NCBI GenBank assembly: GCA_012729095.1
Contig: JAAYDU010000052.1
Coordinates: forward strand, 560 to 64,559
Source of the DNA: Methanobacteriota archaeon
GTDB lineage: Archaea; Thermoplasmatota; Thermoplasmata; Methanomassiliicoccales; UBA472
Direction: 5' to 3'
DNA: 64,000 bases
Position 1 is the stretch's first letter; each line of letters opens with the position of its first letter. This document shows positions 1-9,872 of the stretch, piece after piece. A program made the position numbers and the translations under genes. Under the pieces are notes generated by a model. That model saw only the letters and a list, made by a program, of their open reading frames with translations, did no database searches and had not been told where the DNA came from.

Positions 1-230
1 GCCACCTTGGACTGGTTGATGGAGAAGGAGGAGAAAAGCCTCCAGAACGGCATGTACTTGCGGTCCGGCGGGGCGTTGATGTTGAAATCGGCTATGTCGA
101 AGTCGATCACGGTGGGCTCGCCGTTCCGGATGTGCATGGTGCGGCAATGGTTACAGTAGAACGCCCTGTCCTTCACCTTGGAGTAGATGGGCTGATCGCA
201 ACGGGGGCATTTGATCTGCAATACCTTCAT
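1..230 (-). CDS. Zn-ribbon protein, third paralog of the operon (N-terminal part only; continues past the left window edge)
   Basis: Own minus-strand translation from ATG at 230..228: MKVLQIKCPRCDQPIYSKVKDRAFYCNHCRT...YMPFWRLFSSF. It has the same CxxC...CxxC plus aromatic-PFW layout as the two upstream genes. Its ATG overlaps the upstream TGA (ATGA). It is absent from the ORF track because it runs off the edge. Confidence 0.55.
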   Translation of the reverse strand, partial: MKVLQIKCPRCDQPIYSKVKDRAFYCNHCRTMHIRNGEPTVIDFDIADFNINAPPDRKYMPFWRLFSSFSINQSKV

Positions 231-1237
231 ATCCTAAACCCTCCCAGGTTGAAGTTGAGCCCCTTTTTCAGCTCCTTCCTGATATCGGTGGTCATCTTGC
301 CATCGAAATCCCCCTCGGTTATTTCCGAGCCGTGCCTGAAGAAGCGGTAAGTGAACCCCAGTATGACGACCCCGGCCACCACTCCGATCACGGCCAGCGC
401 GCCCTCTCCGGAACCTAGGCCGATCAGCAGGCCGCCAGCGGCTATCAGCCCGCCTGCGGAGGTCCCTCCGGTCACGGCCAGGCTCTGATAGAGCGCGTCC
501 CCGGGAGCCCTGCCGGAAAGCACATTCCCGGTCACCCCGTCCACCGTGACCATGTACATCCTCTCTCCATAGGAGTAGCGAACAACCCAGACTGGGTAGT
601 ATATCTGGCTTATATGCTTGGGGATGGCGGTCACCCTCTCGAACGTTATGTGGGGAACGTTTGCGTCGCTCCTCGCGTCGGTCAAAGCGTTCTGCTTGGA
701 CATCTCCACCATTTCGTCCTTGCTGGTGGTGCTCTCGAAGGTGGGTATGCTCTCGAAATCGGCGAATGATGCCTCTCCGTTCACGTTCCTCAGGTACTTG
801 ATGCCCAGGTCGCCTGGGTCGCAAGCTATGTTCGTGTAGCGGTAATCATGGAGCACCATCTCCTCCTTCGGTATCCTTTCCGTGCGTGTGTTCCCGTTCC
901 GGTCGGTATGGTGCCTCTCCTCATAACCGCATATCCATCCTGCCACCCTGGTGGTGGTGCTCCAGAATGGCAGATATATCGGGTAGCATTCCAGCAGCTT
1001 GCCCTTGACCTTCAGGTCCCTGGCCTTGAAACCCTTCCTCCACCATTCCTGTGTGGCCCTGAGCACGGAATCCCTGGCCTGGACGTTGCGAAAGGCCACG
1101 GTCATGACGCCCGCGTCGCCTTCCGCCCACAGGAGCGATCCGCAGTACTCGCAGTTCAGGACCTTCTCTCCCTCGCTAATGCTTATCGCCCCCCCGCAGG
1201 CAGGGCAGTTGAGGCCGACGCTGATGGACATGGTCAC
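227..1237 (-). CDS. Zn-ribbon membrane protein (uncharacterized), C-terminal Gly/Ala-rich TM helices
   Basis: 336-aa ORF. N-terminal CPACGG...CEYCGS ribbon, motifs YPIYLPFWS and YYPVWVVRY...VDGVTGNV, hydrophobic C-terminal segment. Start may be GTG 1237 (GTGA overlap with the upstream stop) or ATG 1231. Confidence 0.7.
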   Translation of the reverse strand: MTMSISVGLNCPACGGAISISEGEKVLNCEYCGSLLWAEGDAGVMTVAFRNVQARDSVLRATQEWWRKGFKARDLKVKGKLLECYPIYLPFWSTTTRVAGWICGYEERHHTDRNGNTRTERIPKEEMVLHDYRYTNIACDPGDLGIKYLRNVNGEASFADFESIPTFESTTSKDEMVEMSKQNALTDARSDANVPHITFERVTAIPKHISQIYYPVWVVRYSYGERMYMVTVDGVTGNVLSGRAPGDALYQSLAVTGGTSAGGLIAAGGLLIGLGSGEGALAVIGVVAGVVILGFTYRFFRHGSEITEGDFDGKMTTDIRKELKKGLNFNLGGFRI

Positions 1238-1977
1238 ATCCTCCTGGCCACGAACAGGGACGCGGCGAACACCGCTGCAACTGTCACCGCCATAAGCCCC
1301 GCGGCCAATATGGGGGACAGCACGGCGAGCAATCCCTCAGCGAGGAACGCCACGAACCCCATGCCAGCCACCGCCACGTAGGCGGCGGAGCTGCGCGGGG
1401 GGAACGGCCCGGAGAATACCTCTCCCGACGAGGCGCTGATGACCACTACGTAGGTCCTCTGCTCGAAGACGTAGTCCAACCTCCATATCGGAAAGTACAC
1501 CAGGGCCTGTTCCTTCGGCGTGCCGGGAAGGCTGCTGAGGTAATGTGCCATCTCGATATCGATCTTGATCATCTCCGCACCGTTGGTGTTGAACTTGTCG
1601 TCGAATATCTTCAGGTCACCGCCCGGGACCTTTAGATTGTGCAGGCCGGGCAGGGTGGTGGAGGCGGCTGGTTCGACGTAAACCTGTTCCATGCCGTTCA
1701 CGTCCCTCTTGAACATGTATACCGGGAAGTACTGCTTCTTTAGCGAGGATATTTGGGCCAGCTTGTCAAGGTCCTTGGCCCTGGTGGAACCGCCGGCCCA
1801 TCGTCGGAACATGCCCACTGCATCGTTCTCCTGGACGGAGAACGGTAGCGCATAAAAGAAACCGGCACCGGACCTGTCGATGAAGATCTGCGAGGAGCAA
1901 TAGGGGCATTTCACGAACCTGTCGCCCGCGTCGAACTCCACTGGCGCCCCGCACTTGGTGCACTTCATGCTGGCCAT
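1234..1977 (-). CDS. Zn-ribbon membrane protein (uncharacterized), paralog of 227..1237
   Basis: 247-aa ORF. CTKCGA...CPYCSS ribbon, YFPVYMFK and YFPIWRLDY...SASSGEV motifs, C-terminal TM helices. Same domain order as the downstream paralog. Confidence 0.7.
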   Translation of the reverse strand: MASMKCTKCGAPVEFDAGDRFVKCPYCSSQIFIDRSGAGFFYALPFSVQENDAVGMFRRWAGGSTRAKDLDKLAQISSLKKQYFPVYMFKRDVNGMEQVYVEPAASTTLPGLHNLKVPGGDLKIFDDKFNTNGAEMIKIDIEMAHYLSSLPGTPKEQALVYFPIWRLDYVFEQRTYVVVISASSGEVFSGPFPPRSSAAYVAVAGMGFVAFLAEGLLAVLSPILAAGLMAVTVAAVFAASLFVARRM

Positions 1978-1986
1978 CTGAACACC

Positions 1987-3129
1987 TTAGAAGCTTGTTC
2001 CACACTCCGGACAGAACTTCGCGTTGATCGGAGACTCCTTGCCGCATTTGGAGCATTTCTTGTCGCCCTTGAGCTGCTGCCCGCACTCCGGGCAGAACTT
2101 GGAGTCGGATGGCACCTCGCTGCCGCACTTACCGCACTTGACCGTGTTGTTCTGCAGCTTGTTGCCGCAGTTGCGACAGAACTTGGCATCGGCCGGGTTC
2201 GGAGTGCTGCATTTGGAGCAGACGACCATGGGTGTTGCAGGGGCGGCAGGCGCTGCCGCGGGAGCGGGGGGCTGACCGGGCGGCGGGGCTGCCCCGCCCT
2301 GCCTCATGGAATCCACCATCATGTACCCCGCGCCGAAACCGGCACCCACGCCCACGCCGGCGGCGGCAGCCCCTCCCGAGGGGTTGGTTGCCGCCTCGCG
2401 CATGGCCTGTCCGGCCTGGTATGTGGCGTAGTTGGTGTTCAGTATCTGCATGGAGGCCCGCATGTCCACCGCCTTCTGCACCTCGTCAGGCAGGGATATG
2501 TACATCCCGGACACCTTGTCGATCAGAACGCCGTACAGCTCAAAGTGGTCCTTGGCCTTGGCCAAAACGACCTGCTCTATGTTCATGAGCTGGCTGGCCA
2601 GGTCGGCCACTCCCATGCCCTTGCTCTTCATCTCGCCGATGGCGTTGTAGATGAGCACCACCATCTGCTCCTTTATGCGGTCCTCGACCTCCGCGGAGGA
2701 AGTGTAATTGAAGGTCCCCACGAACTGGTTCACGAAGTTCTCCGGGGCCCCGACCTTGTAGCGGAACTCGCCGAAGACGCGCAGGTTGACCATCCCGAAC
2801 TCAGCGTCGCGGAACTGGTAGGGCTGCTTGCTCCCATACTTGCCGTCAAAGGCCCTCTTCTGCAGGTAGACCACTTCGGCCTGCTGCCTTGCGCCTGACA
2901 GGGCCTCTATGACCTTGCCTATTATGGGCGCGTTCAATGATGTCAGGGCGTAACGGTCCGGGCGGTCCAGGTAGGCAAGCGCCTTGCCATCCCGGTAGAA
3001 CACGGCTATCTCATCCTCGCGCACCACGATGTTGTCGTTGAACTTTATGTTGCGGGGCATGCGGTACATGATGTTGTTCCGCTTTTCCCCGTCCTCCCAG
3101 TTGAATGTCTCAGCACCGATCAAGCTCAT
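1987..3129 (-). CDS. SPFH/Band-7 family protein of the YdjI type (COG4260-like) with three C-terminal Zn-ribbons
   Basis: 380-aa ORF. N-terminal region resembles YdjI / 'virion core protein' SPFH proteins (MYRMPRNIKFNDNIVVREDEIAVFYRDGK...). A Pro/Ala linker is followed by three tandem C-x-K-C...KFC-x-x-CG units. Confidence 0.75.
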   Translation of the reverse strand: MSLIGAETFNWEDGEKRNNIMYRMPRNIKFNDNIVVREDEIAVFYRDGKALAYLDRPDRYALTSLNAPIIGKVIEALSGARQQAEVVYLQKRAFDGKYGSKQPYQFRDAEFGMVNLRVFGEFRYKVGAPENFVNQFVGTFNYTSSAEVEDRIKEQMVVLIYNAIGEMKSKGMGVADLASQLMNIEQVVLAKAKDHFELYGVLIDKVSGMYISLPDEVQKAVDMRASMQILNTNYATYQAGQAMREAATNPSGGAAAAGVGVGAGFGAGYMMVDSMRQGGAAPPPGQPPAPAAAPAAPATPMVVCSKCSTPNPADAKFCRNCGNKLQNNTVKCGKCGSEVPSDSKFCPECGQQLKGDKKCSKCGKESPINAKFCPECGTSF

Positions 3130-3133
3130 GAGA

Positions 3134-3667
3134 TCACAGTCCCGTTCCAGTTATGGCGGCCTTGCGGCGTTTGAATCGGCTCTCCAGTCCATCGACCCGG
3201 TTCCTGACGGCCTCCACCGCACCCCGGAGATCGGCGTCGTTCCCTGACCTGATGATCTCAGGGACCTTGACCAGGGCCTCATCGATGAAGTTGAGGCTCT
3301 CTATCATGGAGTTATCATACTCGTAGAGCATGTTCAGCTCATCATCCTTCATCCTGACATCGGCGGCGATGCCGGAATAGCCGACCTCGGCGTGAAGTAC
3401 CTCTCCCTCCACCCTCTTCATGGTATTGACCACCCCGCCCATCTCCTCCAGGGCCTTGGACATGGGGTTCTCCCTTATCAGGGCCCTTCTCGCGTCCTCG
3501 AGCTGGGACCTCTGCAGCCCCATCCTCTTGGCCAGCTCGGCCCTCAGCATGCGGTCGGAGTCCCTTAGGTCCTCCCTTATCCTGTAGCCACGGAACCCTG
3601 GCACGACCAGCTGTATCTTTTTCAACAACCCGCGGTCGTCTTCCACCCTATCCCTTATGTCTGGCAA
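3134..3667 (-). CDS. Coiled-coil protein, first gene of the SPFH/Zn-ribbon operon (function unknown; possibly a PspA/ESCRT-III-like role)
   Basis: 177-aa ORF rich in charged heptad-like stretches. It ends 4 nt upstream of the SPFH gene. I recognise no catalytic motif. Confidence 0.6.
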   Translation of the reverse strand: MPDIRDRVEDDRGLLKKIQLVVPGFRGYRIREDLRDSDRMLRAELAKRMGLQRSQLEDARRALIRENPMSKALEEMGGVVNTMKRVEGEVLHAEVGYSGIAADVRMKDDELNMLYEYDNSMIESLNFIDEALVKVPEIIRSGNDADLRGAVEAVRNRVDGLESRFKRRKAAITGTGL

Positions 3668-3720
3668 AGGAATCCCTTCTCCTCCAGTGGATATCGCAAG
3701 GGCTGATTAAAAAAGTTGGC

Positions 3721-3930
3721 CTATTTGCGTTTGCTCATATACTCCTCTACCGAACCCCATCTTCGCAGGGTCCTCCTAGCCAACAGGTATCCGACCAGGG
3801 CGCAGGGCAGGAAGAGAAGGAAGGACAGAAGGGAATCGGTGAGGAAGTACAGTATATCGGCCAGAATTATGCCGACCGCAGCGCCCCATATTGTACCTAG
3901 CCAAATCAGATTGAGAGCCAATTGTCGCAC
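3721..3930 (-). CDS. Small two-TM membrane protein (hypothetical)
   Basis: 69-aa ORF with two hydrophobic helices and a basic C-terminus. The overlapping plus-strand ORF has poor composition. Confidence 0.4.
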   Translation of the reverse strand: MRQLALNLIWLGTIWGAAVGIILADILYFLTDSLLSFLLFLPCALVGYLLARRTLRRWGSVEEYMSKRK

Positions 3931-4041
3931 CTATTGAAGGTGATGGCGTTTTCCAATAAGGACGTTTCGAAAATATCCTATAGACAAATGACTAGAGATA
4001 GAGGTTGATATGGTTATATAATTAGTTATATGTATATATCA

Positions 4042-4049
4042 TTTATATA
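4042..4049 (+). promoter_or_regulatory. Candidate archaeal TATA box (TTTATATA) upstream of 4112..5758
   Basis: Consensus-like TTTATATA inside a strongly AT-rich spacer about 63 nt upstream of the ATG. Several alternative AT-rich candidates lie nearby. Confidence 0.3.
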
Positions 4050-4111
4050 CACTATATGCATTTGTACATTTTTCTTCTGATAACATTCATATACGAACAT
4101 CATATGCCATC

Positions 4112-5758
4112 ATGACAACCTTTAGCAAGGGGAGTGAGATCACCTTGAACACCATAGAGAACAGTAGATCGACGACCGGAACAAAGACTCGTGTGCCAGA
4201 TGTAAGTCCTGTGAACGGGATGTGCCCAATATGCGTGGAGGACTGCAATGTCCTGTGCGAGGTCGGCAAATCCGCCTTCAGAGGCCGCGAGGTGCTCTAC
4301 CCCCTGCCCGATTACTTTGGAAGGAGCACAGCCGCATCTAACAAGGACTTTCACATCGACTGGTCCCATTTCCAGATCATGGCCGAGCTGATAGGTGCCT
4401 GGGGCATAGATCCAACTCCGGACAAGGCCTTCTTCGAGAACGCCGATGTCACCACCGCCGTGGCCACCCGTTCCAAGAGACCGATCAAGCTGAAGGTCCC
4501 CTTGGTCATAGCCGGCCTGGGGTCCACGGCCGTGGCCAGGCGCCACTGGGAGGCGATGGCCAAGGGCGCCGCAATGAGCGGCGTGATCCAGACCGTCGGC
4601 GAGAACGTCTGCGGCATGGACCATGAATCCGTGTACACGAAGGGGAAGATAACCAGGTCCCCCGATCTTGAGTTCAGGGTGAGGTCCTTCAAGGAAATGT
4701 ACGACGGGGAGCACGGCGGTATAGCCGTCCAGACCAACGTGGAGGACCAGCGCGGGGGCGTCGACGAGTACGCCCTTAGCAAGCTGGAGGTCGATATAAT
4801 AGAAAGGAAGTGGGGACAGGGCGCCAAGGCCATCGGGGGAGAGGTTCGCCTCACCACCCTGGAGCGCGCCCTGGAACTGAAGAAACGCGGGTACCTAGTA
4901 CTGCCGGACCCCGAGGACAAGGAGGTCCAGGAGGAGTTCAAGGCGGGCGTGTTCAAGAGCTTCGAGAGGCATTCCAGGGTGGGATTCCCAGAGCACGTTT
5001 CCTTCGTGGAGGACGTGGAGAACCTCAGGTCCATGGGCGCCAAGTACGTGTTCCTGAAGACCGGGGCCTATCGCCCCGAGGTGGTGGCATTCACCATGAA
5101 GGCGGCATCCGAGGCCAAGATCGACATGCTGACCTTCGATGGCGCGGGAGGAGGGACCGGCATGTCCCCCGTGCCGATGATGAACGAGATGAGCACGCCG
5201 ACCGTGCACCTTCAGGCCCAGCTCATGATGTGCGCCAGGGTGATGAAGGAGAAGGGCAAGTTCATTCCAGACCTGGTCATGGCCGGGGGTTTCGTGAACG
5301 AGACGCAGATGTACAAGTCAATGGCGATGAGCGATATGGGCGAGGGCCCGCTGGTCAAGGCCATAGCAATGGCACGCGCTCCCCTGCTGACGGTGATGAA
5401 GAGCGCCAACTATCTTAAGATGGCTGACACCAACTGCCTTCCCAGCAGCTTCACCTCCGCTTACGGTGACGACCCCAGGAACTTCTTCATCGCCGCCCAG
5501 GAAGTGGAGAACCGATACCCTGGCAAGAAGCTGGGTACCGATATACCCTATGGTGCGGTCGGCGAGTACACCTACTTCGTGGAAAGGCTGGGCGAGGGCC
5601 TCAAGCAGCTCATGGCGGGAAGCCGCAAGTTCACCTTGGCCAGCCTTCGGCGCACCGACATAGCCTCGCTCACACCTTACGCCGAGAAGGTCACCGGCAT
5701 CGAGACCCTCGAGAACATGGCCGAACGGGTGATAATGCCCATGCTGGAGAACTGGTGA
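4112..5758 (+). CDS. FMN-binding glutamate synthase family protein (GltB domain-2-like)
   Basis: 548-aa ORF with GltS-FMN-like blocks (LVIAGLGSTAV, IERKWGQGAKAIGGEV, TFDGAGGGTGMSP, VMAGGF) and an N-terminal Cys cluster CPICVEDCNVLC. Confidence 0.7.
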   Translation: MTTFSKGSEITLNTIENSRSTTGTKTRVPDVSPVNGMCPICVEDCNVLCEVGKSAFRGREVLYPLPDYFGRSTAASNKDFHIDWSHFQIMAELIGAWGIDPTPDKAFFENADVTTAVATRSKRPIKLKVPLVIAGLGSTAVARRHWEAMAKGAAMSGVIQTVGENVCGMDHESVYTKGKITRSPDLEFRVRSFKEMYDGEHGGIAVQTNVEDQRGGVDEYALSKLEVDIIERKWGQGAKAIGGEVRLTTLERALELKKRGYLVLPDPEDKEVQEEFKAGVFKSFERHSRVGFPEHVSFVEDVENLRSMGAKYVFLKTGAYRPEVVAFTMKAASEAKIDMLTFDGAGGGTGMSPVPMMNEMSTPTVHLQAQLMMCARVMKEKGKFIPDLVMAGGFVNETQMYKSMAMSDMGEGPLVKAIAMARAPLLTVMKSANYLKMADTNCLPSSFTSAYGDDPRNFFIAAQEVENRYPGKKLGTDIPYGAVGEYTYFVERLGEGLKQLMAGSRKFTLASLRRTDIASLTPYAEKVTGIETLENMAERVIMPMLENW

Positions 5759-5933
5759 GGACGCGGCATCCAAACCCTTTACATATTTTCCTTCATAGAA
5801 ATTTATTTAACGGTCGATTTCCTAATAACATCGTCATGCGGGAGATGTACTCTCCTTGCAGGACGAAATGGGAGGAGAATCGAGAATGGGGGTCAAGGCC
5901 ATTATCGGCCACCCAAACCCCTTCCAAACCTTT

Positions 5934-7226
5934 TCACCTTTGTCCGTCCCTCACGAACATCAGGAACATGGGTATGAAAAGCAGTTGCAATCCTACCGAT
6001 ACCACCACCATCGTCGGTATCGAAAGGTCGTACAGTGCCCCCAAGGCCATGGACCCCACGAACCAGAAGGAACCGAAGATGGTGTTGAAGTAACCGTAGG
6101 CGCTGGCCCTTTTGCCGACCGGGGCCAGGTCGGCCACCATGGCCCTCATGATGGATTCTTGTGCGCCCATCCCTATACCGAACAACGCCATGCCCGCGGC
6201 CACCAATACCATGGAATCGGAGAAGGCCAGGATAGGAAAGAAGGCCGCTGGTACCACTGCGATGAGCAGGATCTTGGGCCCTCCGCGGTCGAAGAACTTC
6301 CCCAGGAACATGGCCGAAATGGCGTCCGTGCCCATGGCCAGGGCGTACAGCAGGGGAATGACCGCGTCCTCCCCCAGCGCGTGGTTCTGAACGTGATAGG
6401 CCACCAGGGGATAGTCCACGTAGCCGGCGGCCAGGAAGGCTGCCGCCAATGCGTACAGCCAGAACCGCCGGGGCAACATCGCCTTTTCGCAGGGGACGGT
6501 GGCCTCCATGGCCTGAGGCCGGGGGTACATGGTGTAGGTGATGTAGAGCACCACCAGGGTCAGCATGGCCGGTATTCCCAGCAGCAGGAAGGCGGAGGAG
6601 TAGTTCCCTCCGCACATGAAGACCAGGAATATGGCCACCGGGCCGATCATGGCGCCAACCGAGGAGAGGGCCTCCTGGACACCGAAGGCCCACCCGCGAC
6701 CGGTGCTGGTGGCGGCGTGGGAGATCATGGCATCGCGCGCCGGCGCCCTGATGGCTTTGCCCATCCTCTCCATCATTATCAGCAGGGCCACCATGTACCA
6801 GTCCCCGGTGAAGGCCAGCAGCGGGATGGCCATCAGGTTCATGCTGTAGCCGATGAGCACTATGGTCCAGTAGCGTCCGGTACGGTCGGTGATGTGCCCG
6901 GACACCACCCTCCACCCGTAGCCGATGAACTCTCCCAGGCCGGAGACCAAGGCCACCGTGGCCGCGCTGGCGCCCAGGGTGCGCAGGTAGGAGCCGCTGA
7001 TGCTCTTGGCCCCCTCGTAGGCCATGTCGGCGAACAGGCTCACCGTGCCCAGAAGTATGATGAAAAGGGTGGCGTACCTAAGAGACTGGCCTGGGCTGAT
7101 GCTAGCGCTATCCCTCCCTCCACCCAACCTATTGCGAATGTTCACCGGCGCATCCCATCCTAAAGCCCGGCACTGCTGGCCTGAAGGAATCCCTGCCTGC
7201 CGATATAATACTATCACTTCGACCAC
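5934..7226 (-). CDS. MFS transporter
   Basis: About 12 predicted TM helices. The N-terminal 27 aa look non-native, so an in-frame GTG at 7145 ([10 protein letters not shown]...) is a plausible true start and would leave a more normal divergent promoter gap. Confidence 0.8.
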   Translation of the reverse strand: MVEVIVLYRQAGIPSGQQCRALGWDAPVNIRNRLGGGRDSASISPGQSLRYATLFIILLGTVSLFADMAYEGAKSISGSYLRTLGASAATVALVSGLGEFIGYGWRVVSGHITDRTGRYWTIVLIGYSMNLMAIPLLAFTGDWYMVALLIMMERMGKAIRAPARDAMISHAATSTGRGWAFGVQEALSSVGAMIGPVAIFLVFMCGGNYSSAFLLLGIPAMLTLVVLYITYTMYPRPQAMEATVPCEKAMLPRRFWLYALAAAFLAAGYVDYPLVAYHVQNHALGEDAVIPLLYALAMGTDAISAMFLGKFFDRGGPKILLIAVVPAAFFPILAFSDSMVLVAAGMALFGIGMGAQESIMRAMVADLAPVGKRASAYGYFNTIFGSFWFVGSMALGALYDLSIPTMVVVSVGLQLLFIPMFLMFVRDGQR

Positions 7227-7279
7227 ATAATTTCAGCTGGGGGCAAGGTAGATTATCAAGCAGCTTCGTTCCCTCGTCC

Positions 7280-9280
7280 ATGGAGCGGAAGAGCAACCGG
7301 CTTGCGGGAGAGCAGAGCCCTTACCTTTTACAGCACGCCACGAACCCGGTCGATTGGTACCCCTGGGGCCCGGAGGCCTTCGAGGCCGCCCAGCGCTCGG
7401 ACCGCCCCATCTTCCTGTCCATAGGCTATTCATCCTGTCACTGGTGCCACATGATGGAGAGGGAGTCATTCGAGGACCAGGAGGTGGCCGACCTGATGAA
7501 CGACACGTTCGTGTGCATCAAGGTGGACCGGGAGGAACGTCCGGAGGTGGACAGTCTTTACATGAAGGTCTGCCAGATGATGACCGGTGGTGGGGGTTGG
7601 CCGCTGACCATCATCATGACCCCGGACCGGGTGCCCTTTTGGGCCGGGACCTACCTGCCCCGCCGCTCCCGGCAGGGCATGCCCGGGCTGTTGGACCTCG
7701 TCCCGGCCATAGCCAAGGCTTGGAAGGACGGCCGGAGCGAGATCCGCGAGGTAACGGTCAAGGTGCTGGAGATGCTGGATTCCTTCGAGCGGGACCCGGA
7801 GGAGGGCGACGTCTCCGAGCTGGTGGGCATGACCTTCCAACATCTTACCGAGGACTACGAGCCCAAGTACGGCGGGTTCGACGCGGAGAGGAAGTTCCCC
7901 TCACCCCACAAGCTGCTGTTCCTGATGAGGTACTGGAGGGAGAGGAAGGACCAAAAGGCCCTGGACATGGCCATCAAGACCCTGGACAGCATCGTCCGAG
8001 GGGGGCTGAGGGACCACGTGGGCGGGGGCTTCCACCGCTACTCCACCGATCCCCGATGGCACCTGCCGCACTTCGAGAAGATGCTTTACGATCAGGCCCT
8101 GCTGCTCATGGCCCTGTCGGAAGGCTTCGCCATAACTGGCCGCGCGGAATACCGGCAGGCCGCGGAGGAGCTCGTCGATTACGTGGCGGAAAGGCTCACC
8201 TCGCCGGAAGGGGCCTTCTACTCCTCGGAGGACGCTGACGCGGCGGGGGAGGAAGGCTCCTACTACGTCTGGTCCATGCAGGAGCTGGCATCCACGTTGT
8301 CGCCGGAGGACCTGTCCACGTTCAAAGAGCTGTACGACCTGTGGGACTCGGGCAACTTCCGGGACGAGGCCAGCCGAACCAGGTCCGGCAAGAACGTGCT
8401 CCATCGAACTGCCGGAATGGAGGAGTTCGCGGAAAAGAAGGGCATGGGTTTGGAGGAGCTCGGGGAGTGGGACGCCCGGGTCCGGGCATCCCTCAAAAAG
8501 GCGAGGGAGAAGAGACCGGAACCCGCCCTTGATGACAAAGTGCTCACGGACTGGAACGGGCTGATGGTGGCCGCCCTCTGCCTGGCCGACCGTCATTTGG
8601 GCATGGGCAAGGCCCTTCCCATGGCCAGGCGCGCCTTGAAGTTCCTTGAGGAAGGCATGGTCAGCGGCGGGGAGCTCCATCACAGCTTCCGCCAGGGACA
8701 TTTGGGACCGCTCTCCCTGATGGATGACCATGCCTGCCTGTCCTGGGCCAACCTGGAGATGTACTTCCAGACGCTGGAAGAGAGGTTCCTGGAACGCTCC
8801 CTGGGGCTGATGGAGGAGGCGATGCGTCTGTACCTGGACCGGGAGGACGGAGGTTTCTACCTGTCCCGGGAGGACCCCGACCTGCTGATAAGGATGAAGG
8901 ACCTCTACGACGGTGCCGCTCCGTCCGGCAACTCCGTGGCGTACTACGTGCTCAGTCAACTGGGGGCGCTGTTCGTGGACCAGAGGACCGTGGACGCCAT
9001 GGATGGCTGCGAACGGCATTTCATGAAGGAGCTGAAACTGACGCCCTCGGCCTTCGCCATGTTCGTCAACGGGATCCTCATGAAATACGAGCACCGCACC
9101 CTGGAGGTATTCGGCGACGCCGAGGCCCGCTTCCCCGGCTACCACCCCCATCTCCTGGTGATAAGGGCCGAGCACATGGAGGCTGGTATCGAGGCCAAGG
9201 TGCCTGCCTATCGCCTGTGCATAAAGGGCGCCTGCCTTCCGGCCACGGACGACAGGACAGAGGTGGAGAAGATGTTATGA
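7280..9280 (+). CDS. Thioredoxin-domain protein, YyaL/DUF255 (SPATA20-like) family
   Basis: [29 protein letters not shown]...[21 protein letters not shown] is the canonical N-terminus. The 666-aa length fits. Confidence 0.9.
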   Translation: MERKSNRLAGEQSPYLLQHATNPVDWYPWGPEAFEAAQRSDRPIFLSIGYSSCHWCHMMERESFEDQEVADLMNDTFVCIKVDREERPEVDSLYMKVCQMMTGGGGWPLTIIMTPDRVPFWAGTYLPRRSRQGMPGLLDLVPAIAKAWKDGRSEIREVTVKVLEMLDSFERDPEEGDVSELVGMTFQHLTEDYEPKYGGFDAERKFPSPHKLLFLMRYWRERKDQKALDMAIKTLDSIVRGGLRDHVGGGFHRYSTDPRWHLPHFEKMLYDQALLLMALSEGFAITGRAEYRQAAEELVDYVAERLTSPEGAFYSSEDADAAGEEGSYYVWSMQELASTLSPEDLSTFKELYDLWDSGNFRDEASRTRSGKNVLHRTAGMEEFAEKKGMGLEELGEWDARVRASLKKAREKRPEPALDDKVLTDWNGLMVAALCLADRHLGMGKALPMARRALKFLEEGMVSGGELHHSFRQGHLGPLSLMDDHACLSWANLEMYFQTLEERFLERSLGLMEEAMRLYLDREDGGFYLSREDPDLLIRMKDLYDGAAPSGNSVAYYVLSQLGALFVDQRTVDAMDGCERHFMKELKLTPSAFAMFVNGILMKYEHRTLEVFGDAEARFPGYHPHLLVIRAEHMEAGIEAKVPAYRLCIKGACLPATDDRTEVEKML

Positions 9281-9284
9281 GGGC

Positions 9285-9869
9285 CTAAAGCAAATCGAAG
9301 GCCGCGGCCAGAGCTCCGTCCTTGGCCTTTGAGGAGGTCGATGCCGTGCCGATGATGACGGCGTCCCCGTCCCGAAGGTTGAACTTCTCATGCAAAAGCT
9401 TGGCCAGTTCGGGATCGTGTTCGTCCACGATGTAATCGGGAGGCACGGTTAGCTTTCCGTCCTTGACGATGAGAGTCGTGGCGCCCTCCGCCCCGGCCAT
9501 TATGGCCGAGTCGCGCTGTTCCACTCCCAGCTTGATCTTGTAACCGTTGTTCTTCATCTGGACGGCCACGCACTCCTTGCCCAGGGCTATGGACCCGTGG
9601 CCTATGTCGGCCACCTTTATGGGAAGATCTGAAATGAAGGCGTTTCCGTGGCGGGTGATCTTGACGCCCGTTTGACGTATATCGATCATGTCCAGTCCAC
9701 GGAGGTATTCTATTATGGTGCGCATGCTCCCCTCGCCGATGCCTACCGCGTCAGCTATCTGCTTGCGTCCCTTGCGTTTCTGGTCCGATAGCACCATAAG
9801 CGTGCGGTACACGTGGTGGTTGCCGAAACGGTGTACCGGACCATAGCGGGGCAGGTCGACGAGCTTCAT
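9285..9869 (-). CDS. Putative winged-helix regulator with uncharacterized C-terminal domain (DUF4443-like, uncertain)
   Basis: 194-aa ORF. HTH-like N-terminus (GRKQIADAVGIGEGSMRTIIEYLRGLDMI). Lies immediately downstream of metK on the same strand (3-nt gap). Confidence 0.6.
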   Translation of the reverse strand: MKLVDLPRYGPVHRFGNHHVYRTLMVLSDQKRKGRKQIADAVGIGEGSMRTIIEYLRGLDMIDIRQTGVKITRHGNAFISDLPIKVADIGHGSIALGKECVAVQMKNNGYKIKLGVEQRDSAIMAGAEGATTLIVKDGKLTVPPDYIVDEHDPELAKLLHEKFNLRDGDAVIIGTASTSSKAKDGALAAAFDLL

Positions 9870-9872
9870 GCC

